Assembly: GCA_965223415.1 (NCBI GenBank)
Contig: OZ245002.1
Coordinates: forward strand, 5,184,001 to 5,248,000
Direction of reading: 5' to 3'
Origin: Myxococcota bacterium
Lineage (GTDB): Bacteria; Myxococcota_A; UBA9160; UBA6930
DNA: 64,000 nucleotides
Shown here in pieces: positions 47,303 to 57,537 of this stretch (its first letter is position 1; each line of letters opens with the position of its first letter). The notes below the pieces were generated by a model that did no database searches, was not told where the DNA came from, and saw only the letters and a program-made list of their open reading frames with translations. Position numbers and translations under genes: made by a program.

Positions 47303-48202
47303 ATGACACGACGACAGCTCCTCGGACTGGCACTCGCGGCCGCCACCGTGCTCGGGTGTGCGGCCCTGCCGGCGGCGACGTCTTCCGCCGATGCTCGCGC
47401 CGCGGACGCGGTGCCGGCGCCCCTGCGCATCCTCCTCACGAACGACGACGGCGTAGACGCTCCGGGTCTCGCCGCCGTGCGCGCCGCCCTGGTGGCGGCG
47501 GGGCACGAAGTGGTCGTGGTCGCGCCCGCTGGCAATCGCAGCGGCAGCAGCGTGAGCATCACCACCGAGGGCACCCTGGCCGCCGAAGAGCGGGAGCCCG
47601 GCGTGTGGAGCGTCTCCGGCACGCCGGCGGACTGCGTGCGGGTGGCCCTCGGTGCCGTGCTGGACTCGCCCCCGGACCTGGTGGTGTCCGGCGCCAACTT
47701 CGGCCAGAACGTGGGCGGCGGAACCACCTCCTCCGGCACGGTGGGCGCCGCGATCACGGCGCTGCGCCTGGGGGTGCCGGCGCTGGCGGTGAGCCAGGCG
47801 GTCGACTTCCGCGATCCCCGCGCCACGCTTCAGTTCTTTCCCGACGCGGCCGCGTTCACGGCGCGCCTGGTCGGCGCCCTGGCCGCCCGTCGCGGGGAAG
47901 GCCCGGTGCTTCCGCTGGGCCTGATCCTGAACGCGAACCATCCCACCCGCCACGCCGATGCGGTGGCCGGCGTGCGGCTCACCCGCCAGGGCGCGACGGC
48001 GGGTTTCGACCTGGCCTACGAGCGCAACGACGCCGGCTTCGAGATCGGCTTCCGTCCCGACGTGCGGGAGGAGACCGTGCCGAACGCCGACATCTCCGCC
48101 CTCAACGAGGGATTCGTCACGATCACGCCCCTCGACGGGGACTGGACCGCTACGCCGAGCACGGGGGCGGATCTCGCGGCCCTCGTCGACGCGCTGAACT
48201 AG
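47303..48202 (+). CDS. surE: SurE-family 5'/3'-nucleotidase with export signal
   Basis: ILLTNDDG, SGTPADCV, VVSGANFGQN, SGTVGAA, ITPL; N-terminal TRRQLL plus hydrophobic stretch. Confidence 0.9.
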   Translation: MTRRQLLGLALAAATVLGCAALPAATSSADARAADAVPAPLRILLTNDDGVDAPGLAAVRAALVAAGHEVVVVAPAGNRSGSSVSITTEGTLAAEEREPGVWSVSGTPADCVRVALGAVLDSPPDLVVSGANFGQNVGGGTTSSGTVGAAITALRLGVPALAVSQAVDFRDPRATLQFFPDAAAFTARLVGALAARRGEGPVLPLGLILNANHPTRHADAVAGVRLTRQGATAGFDLAYERNDAGFEIGFRPDVREETVPNADISALNEGFVTITPLDGDWTATPSTGADLAALVDALN

Positions 48203-48229
48203 ACTGCCCTCCCGAACGAGGGAGGCACG

Positions 48230-49870
48230 ATGGCGGAGATTCACGGCGGGCAGGTCGCGGCGCGGCAGCTCGAGCTGGCGGGCATCGACACGATCTTCGG
48301 AGTGGTCGCCGGGCCCATGATCGAGGTGTTCGCCGGCGCGCAGGAGGCGGGCATCCGCTCCATCGGCTGCCGGCACGAGATGAACGCCGGCTTCGCCGCC
48401 TCCGCCTGGGGGTACCAGAAGCGCAAGCCGGGCGTGCTGGTGGTGGGCTCGGGGCCCGGCATGACCAATGCGGTGACGCCCATGCACGTCGCCACCGAGA
48501 GCGCGATGCCGCTCGTCGTCCTGGGCGGCTCGGCGTTCGCGAACACCCGCGGCGTCGGCGCCTTCCAGGAGGCCGACCAGACGGCCTTCGCCGCGCCTGG
48601 CTGCAAGTGGGTCGGCCAGGTCGACTCGACCGAGCGCATCGGCGAGTGGGTGCACCTGGCCCTCGGCAAGGCGCTCGAGGGGCGGCCCGGCGCCGTGTAC
48701 CTCGACTTCCCGGGCCAGCTCGTGAGCCAGCGCATCCCGGAGGAGAGCGCCGTGCTGCGGCGGCGGGCGCCGGAGCTCTTCCGGCCCCACCCGGACCCGA
48801 ACGCCATCGACCGGCTCGCCGATCTCGTGGCGGAGGCGGAGCGCCCGCTGCTCCTCGTCGGCAAGGGCGCCGGCTGGGCGGAGGCCGGCGGGGCTCTCGC
48901 ACGGCTCGCGGACCGCGGGCTGCCCTACGTGTGCTCGCCAATGGGACGCGGCGTCATCCCGGACGACCACCCGAACTTCGCGAACGCCGCCCGCTCCGCG
49001 GCCCTGGGCGGCGCGGACCTCGTCGTCCTGTTCGGCGGCCGCTTCAACTGGATCTTCGGCATGGGCCGCCGCTTCGCCCCGGACGCCACCCTCGTGCAGG
49101 TGGACGTCGAGGCGGAGGAGATGTTCTCCGGCGCGGACCTCTCCCTGGGCCTTGTCGCCGACGCCGCCGCCACGGCCGAGGCCCTGGACCGCGCCCTCGA
49201 CAGCCGGACACTCCGCTCCGAGGGCACGGGCTGGCTGACCGGCCTGCGGGAGCAGGCGGAGCGCAACGAAGGCGGAGCGCGCCAGGCGCTCGGCGACGAC
49301 GCCATCCCGATCAACCCCTACCGGCTCGTGGCCGAGGTTCGCGAGGCCCTGCCCCGCGACGCCATCGTCACCGCCGAGGGCGAGACGATCATGGGCATCT
49401 GCCGCGCCATGCTGCCGAGCTACGGCGAGCGCTCGCGGTTCAATGCCGGCACGACAGGCTGCATGGGCACCGGCGCGCCCTACGCGCTGGGCGCCAAGCT
49501 CGCCTGCCCGGAGCGCCCGTCGGTGGCGGTGCTGGGCGACTACGCCTTCGGCGCCGCGGCCATGGTCGTGGAGACCGCCGCCCGCGTCGGCGCGGCGCCG
49601 GTCTACGTCGTGGCCAACAACGAGGGCATCGCCGGCCACATGATCCAGGACCACATGCTGCCGCCGGACTCGCCGCGCATCGCGAGCCTGCTGCCGGCCC
49701 ACTACGAGAAGATCGGCGAGCTGGTCGACGCCCACACCGAGCGGGTGGACCGGCCCGACGAGATCCGCCCGGCCCTAGACCGCGCCCTCGCCGCCGACCG
49801 CGTGGCGGTGGTGCACGTGCGCTGCAACCCGAAGGCAACGCGCCTGTCCGGCGCCAACTACCTGCAGTAG
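48230..49870 (+). CDS. ThDP-dependent enzyme, 2-hydroxyacyl-CoA lyase/oxalyl-CoA decarboxylase family
   Basis: CRHE, GSGPGMTN, AFQE, PMGRG, GTTGCMGTG, GDYAFG...NN. Confidence 0.85.
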   Translation: MAEIHGGQVAARQLELAGIDTIFGVVAGPMIEVFAGAQEAGIRSIGCRHEMNAGFAASAWGYQKRKPGVLVVGSGPGMTNAVTPMHVATESAMPLVVLGGSAFANTRGVGAFQEADQTAFAAPGCKWVGQVDSTERIGEWVHLALGKALEGRPGAVYLDFPGQLVSQRIPEESAVLRRRAPELFRPHPDPNAIDRLADLVAEAERPLLLVGKGAGWAEAGGALARLADRGLPYVCSPMGRGVIPDDHPNFANAARSAALGGADLVVLFGGRFNWIFGMGRRFAPDATLVQVDVEAEEMFSGADLSLGLVADAAATAEALDRALDSRTLRSEGTGWLTGLREQAERNEGGARQALGDDAIPINPYRLVAEVREALPRDAIVTAEGETIMGICRAMLPSYGERSRFNAGTTGCMGTGAPYALGAKLACPERPSVAVLGDYAFGAAAMVVETAARVGAAPVYVVANNEGIAGHMIQDHMLPPDSPRIASLLPAHYEKIGELVDAHTERVDRPDEIRPALDRALAADRVAVVHVRCNPKATRLSGANYLQ

Positions 49871-49882
49871 GAGAAGCCCTCC

Positions 49883-51100
49883 ATGCCCATGCCCCTCGAA
49901 GGAATCCGCGTCCTCGACTGGACGATCTGGCAACAGGGTCCGATCTGCTCGGCCATGCTGGGGGATCTCGGCGCCGAGGTGATCAAGCTCGAGCAACGCG
50001 GCAGCGGCGACCCTGGGCGCTACCTGGCCGCGGCCGGAGGGGCGTCGGGCAGCGGCGAGCGGCCCAACTGGTACTTCGAGGCCAACAATCGCAACAAGAA
50101 GAGCCTCACGCTCGACCTGAAGCGGCCGGAGGGCGTGGCGGTGGTGCACGACCTGGTGCGTCGCTCGGACGTGTTCGTGCAGAACTTCCGCTTCGGCGTC
50201 GCCGACCGGCTGGGCATCGGCTACGAGGCGCTCCGGGAGATCAACCCGAAGCTCATCTACGCCAGCGCCACCGGCTACGGACCGGAGGGGCCCGAGCGCA
50301 CCGAGCCCTCCTTCGACCACCTGGGCCTCGCCCGCTCCGGCATCATGAACGCGGTGGGCGAGCCCGACATGCCGCCGCTGGGCATCTCCGGCGGCATCGC
50401 CGACCAGATGGGCGGCGTCATGCTGGCCTACGGCATCCTCGCCGCCCTCATGGCCCGCGAGCGCCACGGTGTCGGTCAGGCGGTCGACGCCTCCCACCTG
50501 GGCAGCATGATGTGGCTCCAGGGCCTGTCCCTCGGAATGCTCTGCATGGCCGGAATCCCCATGCCGCGCAGCTTCCGGGCCCGCTCCTTCAATCCGCTCT
50601 GGAACCACTACCGCTGCAGCGACGACCAGTGGCTGGCCCTCGCCATGCTCCAGCCCGACCGCTACTGGGCGGACTTCGCCCGGGCGGTCGACCGGCCCGA
50701 GCTGGTCACCGACGAGCGCTTCGCCGACATGGCGGCCCGCTCCCGGCACGCCGCCGAGGCGGTGGCCATCCTGGACGAGGCCTTCGCCACCGCACCGCGG
50801 GACGAGTGGATTCGCAGGCTGCGGGAGGCGCCCGGCGACTTCATCTTCACGATCGTGAACTCCGTCGACGACCTGCCGAACGACCCGCAGGTGCAGGCGA
50901 ACGACTACCTGGTCGAGGTCGACCATCCCCAGCACGGGCCGACGCCGATGGTGGGGGTCCCGGTCCGCCTGCGCGAGACGCCGGGCCGCATCCGCGAGGT
51001 GGCCCCGGAGCTCGGCCAGCACACGGAAGAGGTGCTGATGGACGTGCTCGGCTACGAGTGGGGCCGCATCAGCGAGCTGCGCGAGAAGGAGATCCTGTAG
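49883..51100 (+). CDS. Family III CoA-transferase (CaiB/BaiF/Frc)
   Basis: PLEGIRVLD, LGDLGAEVIKLE, NRNKKS, QNFR, IADQMGG, PELGQHT. Confidence 0.95.
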   Translation: MPMPLEGIRVLDWTIWQQGPICSAMLGDLGAEVIKLEQRGSGDPGRYLAAAGGASGSGERPNWYFEANNRNKKSLTLDLKRPEGVAVVHDLVRRSDVFVQNFRFGVADRLGIGYEALREINPKLIYASATGYGPEGPERTEPSFDHLGLARSGIMNAVGEPDMPPLGISGGIADQMGGVMLAYGILAALMARERHGVGQAVDASHLGSMMWLQGLSLGMLCMAGIPMPRSFRARSFNPLWNHYRCSDDQWLALAMLQPDRYWADFARAVDRPELVTDERFADMAARSRHAAEAVAILDEAFATAPRDEWIRRLREAPGDFIFTIVNSVDDLPNDPQVQANDYLVEVDHPQHGPTPMVGVPVRLRETPGRIREVAPELGQHTEEVLMDVLGYEWGRISELREKEIL

Positions 51101-51113
51101 GCGCGGGTCGGGA

Positions 51114-52310
51114 ATGCGCCGCGTCACGGTTCCCGAAGCCCGCGCCCTCCTGCTGGCGGGGCAGGGCCTCGCCAAGGCACCGGTCCGCGCCACGCCAACC
51201 GCGGTGCAGCGTGGCATCGAGCGGCTCGGCTTCGTGCAGGTCGACTCGATCCAGGTGGTGGAGCGCGCCCATCACCTGATCCTCGCGGCGCGCTTCCGGG
51301 GCTACCGCCCCAGCCAGCTCACCCGCCTCCTGGAGACGAAGCGGAGCCTCTTCGAGCACTGGACCCACGATGCCGCCGTGCTGCCGGCAGCGCTGCTGCC
51401 GCTCTGGACCTTCCAGTTCCGGCGCTTCGAGGAGACCCGGCGAGCGCGCTACGCGAAGGGCAGCGGCTCGCCCCGCCGCTTCGACGAGCTCCTGGCGCGG
51501 GTGCGCGGACGCATCGAGCGGGAGGGCCCCCTCCTCTCCTCCGACTTCGAAGCGCCGGCGGGGAAGCGGAAGAGCAGCTGGTGGAGCTGGAAGCCCGCCA
51601 AGCGGGCCCTCGAGTACCTGTGGCGGACCGGCGAGCTGGCCATCGCGGGGCGCGACGGCTTCCAGAAGCGCTACGACCTGCTCCGCCGCGTGCACCCGGA
51701 GTGCCGCGACGCCCCGCCGGTCGAGCTCGCGGAATGGCTGGACTGGGCCTTGCCCGCCGCCCTCGAGCGGCTCGGCGTCGCCACGCCCCGGGAGCTGGCC
51801 GCGTTCTGGGGCGGCGTCACCGCCGCGGAGGCCCGCGGCTGGTGCGAGGCGGCCCTGCGCGACGGCCGTTGGGTCCAGGTCGAGCAGGACGCCGGCGACG
51901 GCAGCGGCGCCCTCCCAGGCCTGCGCGTCGCCCTACCGAACCTGGGCCGCCGCCTGGCCTCCCTTCGCGCGGCCCCCGACGAGCTCCGTTTGCTGTGCCC
52001 CTTCGACCCGCTGCTGCGCGATCGCGAGCGCACGGCGCGGCTGTTCGACTTCGACTATCGCTTCGAGGGCTTCGTCCCGGCGGCCCAGCGCCGGGACGGC
52101 TACTACGTGATGGCGGTGCTCGACGGCGACCGGCTCGTCGCGCGCTTCGACCCGCGCCTCGATCGGGCGGCCGGCGTGCTCGAGATCCGCCGCCTGCGCT
52201 GGGAGCGCGGCGCCCGCTCGCCGAGGCGCCGCGAAGCCCTGGCAGGAGCACTCGATGCGCTGGCGGCCCAGGTGGGCGCCGAACGGGTGGCCCAGCGTCG
52301 AGCGGGGTGA
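51114..52310 (+). CDS. YcaQ/AlkZ-family winged-helix DNA glycosylase (crosslink repair)
   Basis: VQVDSI (QxD), FEHWTH, FQKRYDL, LLCPFDPL, YRFE...R..GYY. Confidence 0.88.
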   Translation: MRRVTVPEARALLLAGQGLAKAPVRATPTAVQRGIERLGFVQVDSIQVVERAHHLILAARFRGYRPSQLTRLLETKRSLFEHWTHDAAVLPAALLPLWTFQFRRFEETRRARYAKGSGSPRRFDELLARVRGRIEREGPLLSSDFEAPAGKRKSSWWSWKPAKRALEYLWRTGELAIAGRDGFQKRYDLLRRVHPECRDAPPVELAEWLDWALPAALERLGVATPRELAAFWGGVTAAEARGWCEAALRDGRWVQVEQDAGDGSGALPGLRVALPNLGRRLASLRAAPDELRLLCPFDPLLRDRERTARLFDFDYRFEGFVPAAQRRDGYYVMAVLDGDRLVARFDPRLDRAAGVLEIRRLRWERGARSPRRREALAGALDALAAQVGAERVAQRRAG

Positions 52311-52402
52311 ATTGCCCCACTCGGTTCGGCGGCTCGTCGGAACCCGCCTAGCCCTCGCGGTACATTCCACACCTCCCCCTTTCCCGATGCGGAGCCCCAC
52401 CG

Positions 52403-54562
52403 GTGTCCGAGCCGATCGTGCCCCCGACCGACGAGCCCTCCGAGGACTGGACCTCGAGCCCGGACCTGCTGCTCAATCGGGAGCTCACCTGGCTCGCCTT
52501 CAACTCCCGGGTGCTGCACGAGGCCGAGGACGAACGCACGCCGCTCCTCGAGCGGGTGAAGTTCCTGGCGATCGTCGGCTCGAACCTGGACGAGTTCTTC
52601 ATGAAGCGGATCGGCGGCCTGAAGCAGCAGCAGGCTGCCGGGGTTCGCGAGCTCTCGGTGGACGGGCGCACCCCGGCCCAGCAGATCGAGGAATGCCACG
52701 AGGTCGTGCTCGAGCTGGAGGCGCGGCAGCGTGGGCTCCTCGCGAACCTCATCCGGGAGCTCGGGCAGCACGAGATCTCGCTGACGCCCTTCGACGCGCT
52801 CCCGGAGGCGCTCCAAGGCGAGCTCCGCGCCCAATACACCGAGAACATCTTTCCCCTGGTGACACCCCAGGTAACGGACCCGGCCCATCCCTTTCCCTTC
52901 GTCTCGAACCTTTCGCTGAACCTGCTCGTCGAGCTGCGCGAGAGCCGCGAGGCCGCGCCCTCCCTGGCCCGCGTGAAGGTGCCGGTGGGCGCCGGCATCC
53001 CCCGCTTCCTGCGCTGCGGCGAGGGCACCTTCGTCTCCCTCGAGAGCGTGATTGCCGCCAACCTCGACCTGCTCTTCCCCGGTGCCGTGATCGAGAGCTC
53101 CGCCCTCTTCCGCGTCACCCGCAACGCCAACACCGAGCGGGACGAGGAAGGCGCCGACGACCTGATGGCGCTGATCGAGACGGAGATGCGCGACCGGCGC
53201 TTCGCCCCGATCGTCCGCCTCGAGGTCTCGCCGGAGCTGTCGAGCTATCACCGCGGGCTGCTGGCCGCGGAGCTCGGGCTCGACCAGGAAGCGGACGTCT
53301 TCGAGATGGAAGGCCTGCTCGCCACCCGCGATCTGCTCGAGCTCTCCCGCCTGCCGATCCCGGAGCTCCACGACCCGCCCTTCGCGCCGGTGGACCACCC
53401 CGCCTTCGTGCGGGCCACCCGTTCGATCTTCCACATCATCCGCGAAGCCGGGTCGCTCCTCCTGCACCACCCCTACCAGTCCTACGCCACCTCGGTGGAG
53501 CGCTTCCTGCGCGAGGCCAGTGAGGACCCGAAGGTCCGCGCCATCAAGATGACGCTCTACCGCACGGACACCGAATCGAAGGTCATCGAGCACCTGATCG
53601 ATGCGGCGGACAACGGCAAGCAGGTAGCCGTGGTCGTCGAGCTGAAGGCGCGCTTCGAAGAGGAGCGCAACATCCGTTGGGCCGGGCGGCTGGAAGAGGC
53701 GGGCGTCCACGTCACCTACGGCGTGGTCGGTCTCAAGACCCACTGCAAGACCGTGCTGGTCGTACGCCAGGACTTCGACGGGCTCCGCCGCTACGCCCAC
53801 GTCGGGACGGGCAACTACAATGCGGAGACCGCACGCCTCTACTCCGACCTGGGCCTCCTCACCTGCGACCCGGCGATCGGCCGCGACCTGACCGAGCTCT
53901 TCAACTACCTCACGACCGGCATCCGCCCCCGGCGCTCCTACGGCAAGCTCCTGCCCTCGCCGAAGCACTGCAAGGCCGCCCTGCTCCAGAAGATCCAGCG
54001 GGAGATCGACCTCCACCGCAACGAAGACCCGGGCCACATCCAGATCAAGACCAACGCCATCGAGGACGCCGACATCACCCGCGCCCTCTACCGCGCCTCT
54101 CGCGCCGGCGTTCGCATCGACCTGATCGTGCGCGACACCTGCCGCTTCCGCCCCGGAATCCCCGGCCTCTCCGAATCCGCCCGCGTCGTCAGCATCGTCG
54201 GCCGCTTCCTCGAGCACACCCGCGTCTACTACTTCCGGGCCGGCGGCGAGGAGGAGTACTTCCTCGGCTCGGCGGACTGCATGAGCCGCAACCTCGAGAA
54301 CCGCGTCGAAGTCCTCGCCCCCGTCGAAGCCTCCCTCCTCCGCCGCGACCTCCGCTTCTTCCTCGACACCCAGCTCGCCGACCCCCGCAGCGCCTGGGAC
54401 ATGCAGCCCGACGGCAGCTACGTCCAGCGCAAGCCCGCCGGCGACGGCCTCGTGGGCTCCTCCCAGGAGACCTTCATCGAGTGGGCGGTGAAGCGGTACC
54501 GGCAGGCGACCCGGCTGAAGCGGCGCGGGCTTCGGGGTGGAGTCGACCGGCGGAGCGCCTAG
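52403..54562 (+). CDS. ppk1: Polyphosphate kinase 1
   Basis: NRELTWLAFN, NLDEFFMKR, HHPY, ELKARFEEERNI, KTHCK, GTGNYN, GRFLEH, SADCMSRN. Confidence 0.98.
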   Translation: MSEPIVPPTDEPSEDWTSSPDLLLNRELTWLAFNSRVLHEAEDERTPLLERVKFLAIVGSNLDEFFMKRIGGLKQQQAAGVRELSVDGRTPAQQIEECHEVVLELEARQRGLLANLIRELGQHEISLTPFDALPEALQGELRAQYTENIFPLVTPQVTDPAHPFPFVSNLSLNLLVELRESREAAPSLARVKVPVGAGIPRFLRCGEGTFVSLESVIAANLDLLFPGAVIESSALFRVTRNANTERDEEGADDLMALIETEMRDRRFAPIVRLEVSPELSSYHRGLLAAELGLDQEADVFEMEGLLATRDLLELSRLPIPELHDPPFAPVDHPAFVRATRSIFHIIREAGSLLLHHPYQSYATSVERFLREASEDPKVRAIKMTLYRTDTESKVIEHLIDAADNGKQVAVVVELKARFEEERNIRWAGRLEEAGVHVTYGVVGLKTHCKTVLVVRQDFDGLRRYAHVGTGNYNAETARLYSDLGLLTCDPAIGRDLTELFNYLTTGIRPRRSYGKLLPSPKHCKAALLQKIQREIDLHRNEDPGHIQIKTNAIEDADITRALYRASRAGVRIDLIVRDTCRFRPGIPGLSESARVVSIVGRFLEHTRVYYFRAGGEEEYFLGSADCMSRNLENRVEVLAPVEASLLRRDLRFFLDTQLADPRSAWDMQPDGSYVQRKPAGDGLVGSSQETFIEWAVKRYRQATRLKRRGLRGGVDRRSA

Positions 54563-54682
54563 GGACGGAGCAGGGCCTGCTCGATCGGGAGCGCCGTGAC
54601 GGTGCGGGCTTGGTTCGGCTTGGACTGGGGCGGCCTTGGAGGTGCGGGGCGGTTCAGACCTGCCGCGATCGACCCCACCCCC

Positions 54683-55645
54683 CTACCGAGGCGCCAGCAA
54701 CCTGGCCGCCTCCCGCACATCCATCGCCTGCTCGACGAGTCCAATGATCGGCGTCTCGAGGCCGGCCTCGCGGAGAGCGTCGATGCGCTCGCGGCAGTAC
54801 TCGGCGGAGCCGTGGATGTAGTGGCGGTCGACCGCTTCGTCGCTGAGGGCGGCGCGGGCGGCCTTGCGGTCGCCGGCGTCCCAGGCATCCCACATGGCCT
54901 GGTAGTGGTCGGCGTGGCCGAGCCATTCCTGATGGGCGCGATAGGTCGGGACGTTGAAGTAGGCGGCGATCGAGTGGCGGGCGACGGCCCGCACGTGGTC
55001 GGCGCCGTCGCGTGTGGGGCAGACGTAGATGCGGCCTGCGATCTCCTTCGAAGCCCCGTGCTGGCGAACGTGGGGGATCACCTTGGGGAGGTCTTCGGCG
55101 GTGACGTAGTTGAGGATCACGCCGTCGGCCTCGCGCCCGGCGAGCTCCAGCATCCCCGGGCGCAGGGCGGCGACCAGGATCTTCGGCGGCACGCCGACCT
55201 TGCGTTGGAGCTGGAAGCCGTGGACGGCGAAGGTCTCGTAGCGTTCGTCGATCCGCTCTCCGGCGAGTGCGGCGCGCAGGAAGCGGGCCATGTCCCGCGT
55301 GGCCGCATACGGCTTCTCGAAGGGGCGCGCGTTCTGGAAGCGGACGACGTACTCGGAGGAGGAGCCGATGCCGAGGGCGAAGCGCCCGGGTGCGGCGAGG
55401 GCCAGGGTCGCCGCACTCATCGCGAAGGCCGCCGGGCCGCGGGTCTGCACCGGCAGCACCGCGGAGCCGAGGCGCAGTGCGGGCGCCCACTCGGAAGCCA
55501 GGGCCAGGGGAAGCAGACCGTCGAGATCCTGGGCCTCGCTGGTCCAGACGTCCGTGTAGCCCAGGGCCTCCAGCTCGCGAATGGCGTCGCGATGGACGTC
55601 GAGGGGAAGGCTCTCGAAGGGAATGGTCATTCCGATACGCGTCAT
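54683..55645 (-). CDS. LLM-class (luciferase-like, possibly F420-dependent) oxidoreductase
   Basis: LGYTDVWTSE, GRFALGIGSSS, AALRPGMLELAGREADG. Confidence 0.88.
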   Translation of the reverse strand: MTRIGMTIPFESLPLDVHRDAIRELEALGYTDVWTSEAQDLDGLLPLALASEWAPALRLGSAVLPVQTRGPAAFAMSAATLALAAPGRFALGIGSSSEYVVRFQNARPFEKPYAATRDMARFLRAALAGERIDERYETFAVHGFQLQRKVGVPPKILVAALRPGMLELAGREADGVILNYVTAEDLPKVIPHVRQHGASKEIAGRIYVCPTRDGADHVRAVARHSIAAYFNVPTYRAHQEWLGHADHYQAMWDAWDAGDRKAARAALSDEAVDRHYIHGSAEYCRERIDALREAGLETPIIGLVEQAMDVREAARLLAPR

Positions 55646-55716
55646 GGCGCTCCTCGCAAGACCCGGGAGGATACATGCGGCCCTCGCCCAGAGGGGGTCC
55701 GCTACCCTCGGCCGCC

Positions 55717-56775
55717 ATGGCGAAGAAGCAAGAGCAGGAGGACGCCCGGACCGAGGTCACCGAGGTCGGCCGGAACATCCTCCGCATGGAGCTCCCGATC
55801 AACATGCCCGGCCTCGGGCACGTGAACATGTATGCCCTCACCGACGACGACGGCGCCGCCGTCGTCGATCCCGGCTTGCCGGGGCCCGCGACCTGGAAGG
55901 CGATCAAGGACCGCCTGGGGCAGGCCGGGCTGCGGGTCAAGGACGTCCACACGGTCATCGTCACCCACTCACATCCGGACCACTTCGGTGGCGCTGCCCG
56001 CTTCGCGAAGGAGGCCGGCGCCGAGGTCATTGCCCACGCGGACTTCCGCTTCGGCGTGCTCGAGTCGAGCGACGCGGCCGAGGTGTCGGTCGACGACCTC
56101 TCCGCCCGGGAGAACGACGAGGACCACCGCCGGGTGATCCGGGGCTGGAATCACAAGACGCCCTGGGGCGGCGAGCACCCGAAGCCCGGCTTCCGCACGC
56201 GACTCAAGTGGCGGGCGGCCCGTTGGTTCGGCAGCTCGTTCATCCCGGCCGTCTCCAAGCCGGTCGCCGAAGGCGACGCGCTGCGCCTGGCCGGTCGCGA
56301 GTGGTTCGTGACCCACACGCCGGGGCACACCGAGGACCACATCTGCCTGCACTCGCCGGAGGAGGGTCTCTTCCTCGCCGGCGATCACGTGCTGCCGACG
56401 ATCACGCCTCACATCTCGGGCCTCGCCCTGTCGAAGGACCCGTTGGACGCCTTCTTCGACTCCCTGGACCGGGTCGGCGCCCTCCAGAACGTAGAAACCG
56501 CCCTGCCCGCCCATGGCCACCCTTTCGGCGACCTCGCGGGACGCACCGAGGCGATCAAGCAGCACCACTACGACCGGCTCGACACGGTGAAGCGCATCGG
56601 GCGGGAGCTCGGTCCCGCCACCGTCCAGGCCTTCTCCAAGAAGCTCTTCAAGCCCCGCAGCTGGGGCGGCATGGCCGAGAGCGAGACCTTCGCGCACCTC
56701 GAGCACCTGCGGATCGCCGGCGAGGCCGGTGTGCACCGCGACCCCGAAGGGATGCTCATCTACGAGACGAGCTAG
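55717..56775 (+). CDS. MBL-fold metallo-hydrolase
   Basis: THSHPDHFG, HTPGHT, AGDHVLP, LPAHG. Confidence 0.93.
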   Translation: MAKKQEQEDARTEVTEVGRNILRMELPINMPGLGHVNMYALTDDDGAAVVDPGLPGPATWKAIKDRLGQAGLRVKDVHTVIVTHSHPDHFGGAARFAKEAGAEVIAHADFRFGVLESSDAAEVSVDDLSARENDEDHRRVIRGWNHKTPWGGEHPKPGFRTRLKWRAARWFGSSFIPAVSKPVAEGDALRLAGREWFVTHTPGHTEDHICLHSPEEGLFLAGDHVLPTITPHISGLALSKDPLDAFFDSLDRVGALQNVETALPAHGHPFGDLAGRTEAIKQHHYDRLDTVKRIGRELGPATVQAFSKKLFKPRSWGGMAESETFAHLEHLRIAGEAGVHRDPEGMLIYETS

Positions 56776-56830
56776 AAGAGCACCTACAGCATCCGCCAGC
56801 GCCCGCTAGAAGAGCGTCTGCAGCATCCGC
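56771..56830. repeat. 26-bp imperfect direct repeat (34-nt period) at a convergent gene junction
   Basis: GCTAGAAGAGCACCTACAGCATCCGC (56771-56796) vs GCTAGAAGAGCGTCTGCAGCATCCGC (56805-56830); 3 mismatches. Confidence 0.75.
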
Positions 56831-57537
56831 GATACCGACTCGAAGAAGTTGCCGGTGAGGGGCTCGCTGCGCAACCAGCCCGGGGGCAGGGTCGGTACGC
56901 CCTGGAAGGGGCGCGCGAGCCAGGAGAGCTCGGCCCCGGCCAGCAGGGCGACGCCCATCCACGCCAGCCATACGGCGCGGGCGCGCAGCGGATCGCCGAT
57001 CACCCGGGCGAGCCCGGTGCGGAGCCGTAGCATTCCGGCGGTGGCGCAGACGGCGATCGCCGCCGTGTGGGCCAGGAGCAGCGCGTGGTGCACGCGCAGC
57101 GAGGGTCGGGTCGCCGGCTGCCAGGCCTCGAGGCCCACGATGCCCGGCTCCGGCGGCGGCGCCTGCAGGACGAACAGGGCCGCGACCGGAGCGAGGGCCC
57201 CGAGCAGGGCCGCGCCGCAGGCCAGGCCCACCAGCAGGAGGGTCAGGCTCTGGCGGGCCGTGAGGCCCGAGCCCAGGACCGCCGCCAGGGCCGCGCCGGC
57301 CCCGGCACTGGCCGCGGCCACGCCGAAGAAGACGAGGGGCAGCTTCACAGCGGCGATCAGCGCCTGCTCCGGCGCCCGCCACAGGCCGAAGGCCGCGCCG
57401 TAGCTGCCGGCGCCGGCAACGATCACCGCGCTCGCACCGGCTGCGACGCCCGAGAGCCGCCGGCCCGAGGCGAGGCGCGCGACCAGTGGCCCGTCGAAGC
57501 GGGTGAGCTCTCCCGGACCGGGCCAGGTCGTCATCAT
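56806..57537 (-). CDS. Hypothetical multi-pass membrane protein
   Basis: YGAAFGLW...AAVKLPLV...ELSWLARPFQG...GNFFESV; ATGA overlap with the upstream gene. Confidence 0.75.
   Translation of the reverse strand: MMTTWPGPGELTRFDGPLVARLASGRRLSGVAAGASAVIVAGAGSYGAAFGLWRAPEQALIAAVKLPLVFFGVAAASAGAGAALAAVLGSGLTARQSLTLLLVGLACGAALLGALAPVAALFVLQAPPPEPGIVGLEAWQPATRPSLRVHHALLLAHTAAIAVCATAGMLRLRTGLARVIGDPLRARAVWLAWMGVALLAGAELSWLARPFQGVPTLPPGWLRSEPLTGNFFESVSRMLQTLF

Noticed and set aside
47356..51279. 1307-aa Arg/Pro/Gly-rich + strand ORF
   Set aside because: Off-frame overlap of surE, the ThDP enzyme and the CoA-transferase; low-complexity composition.
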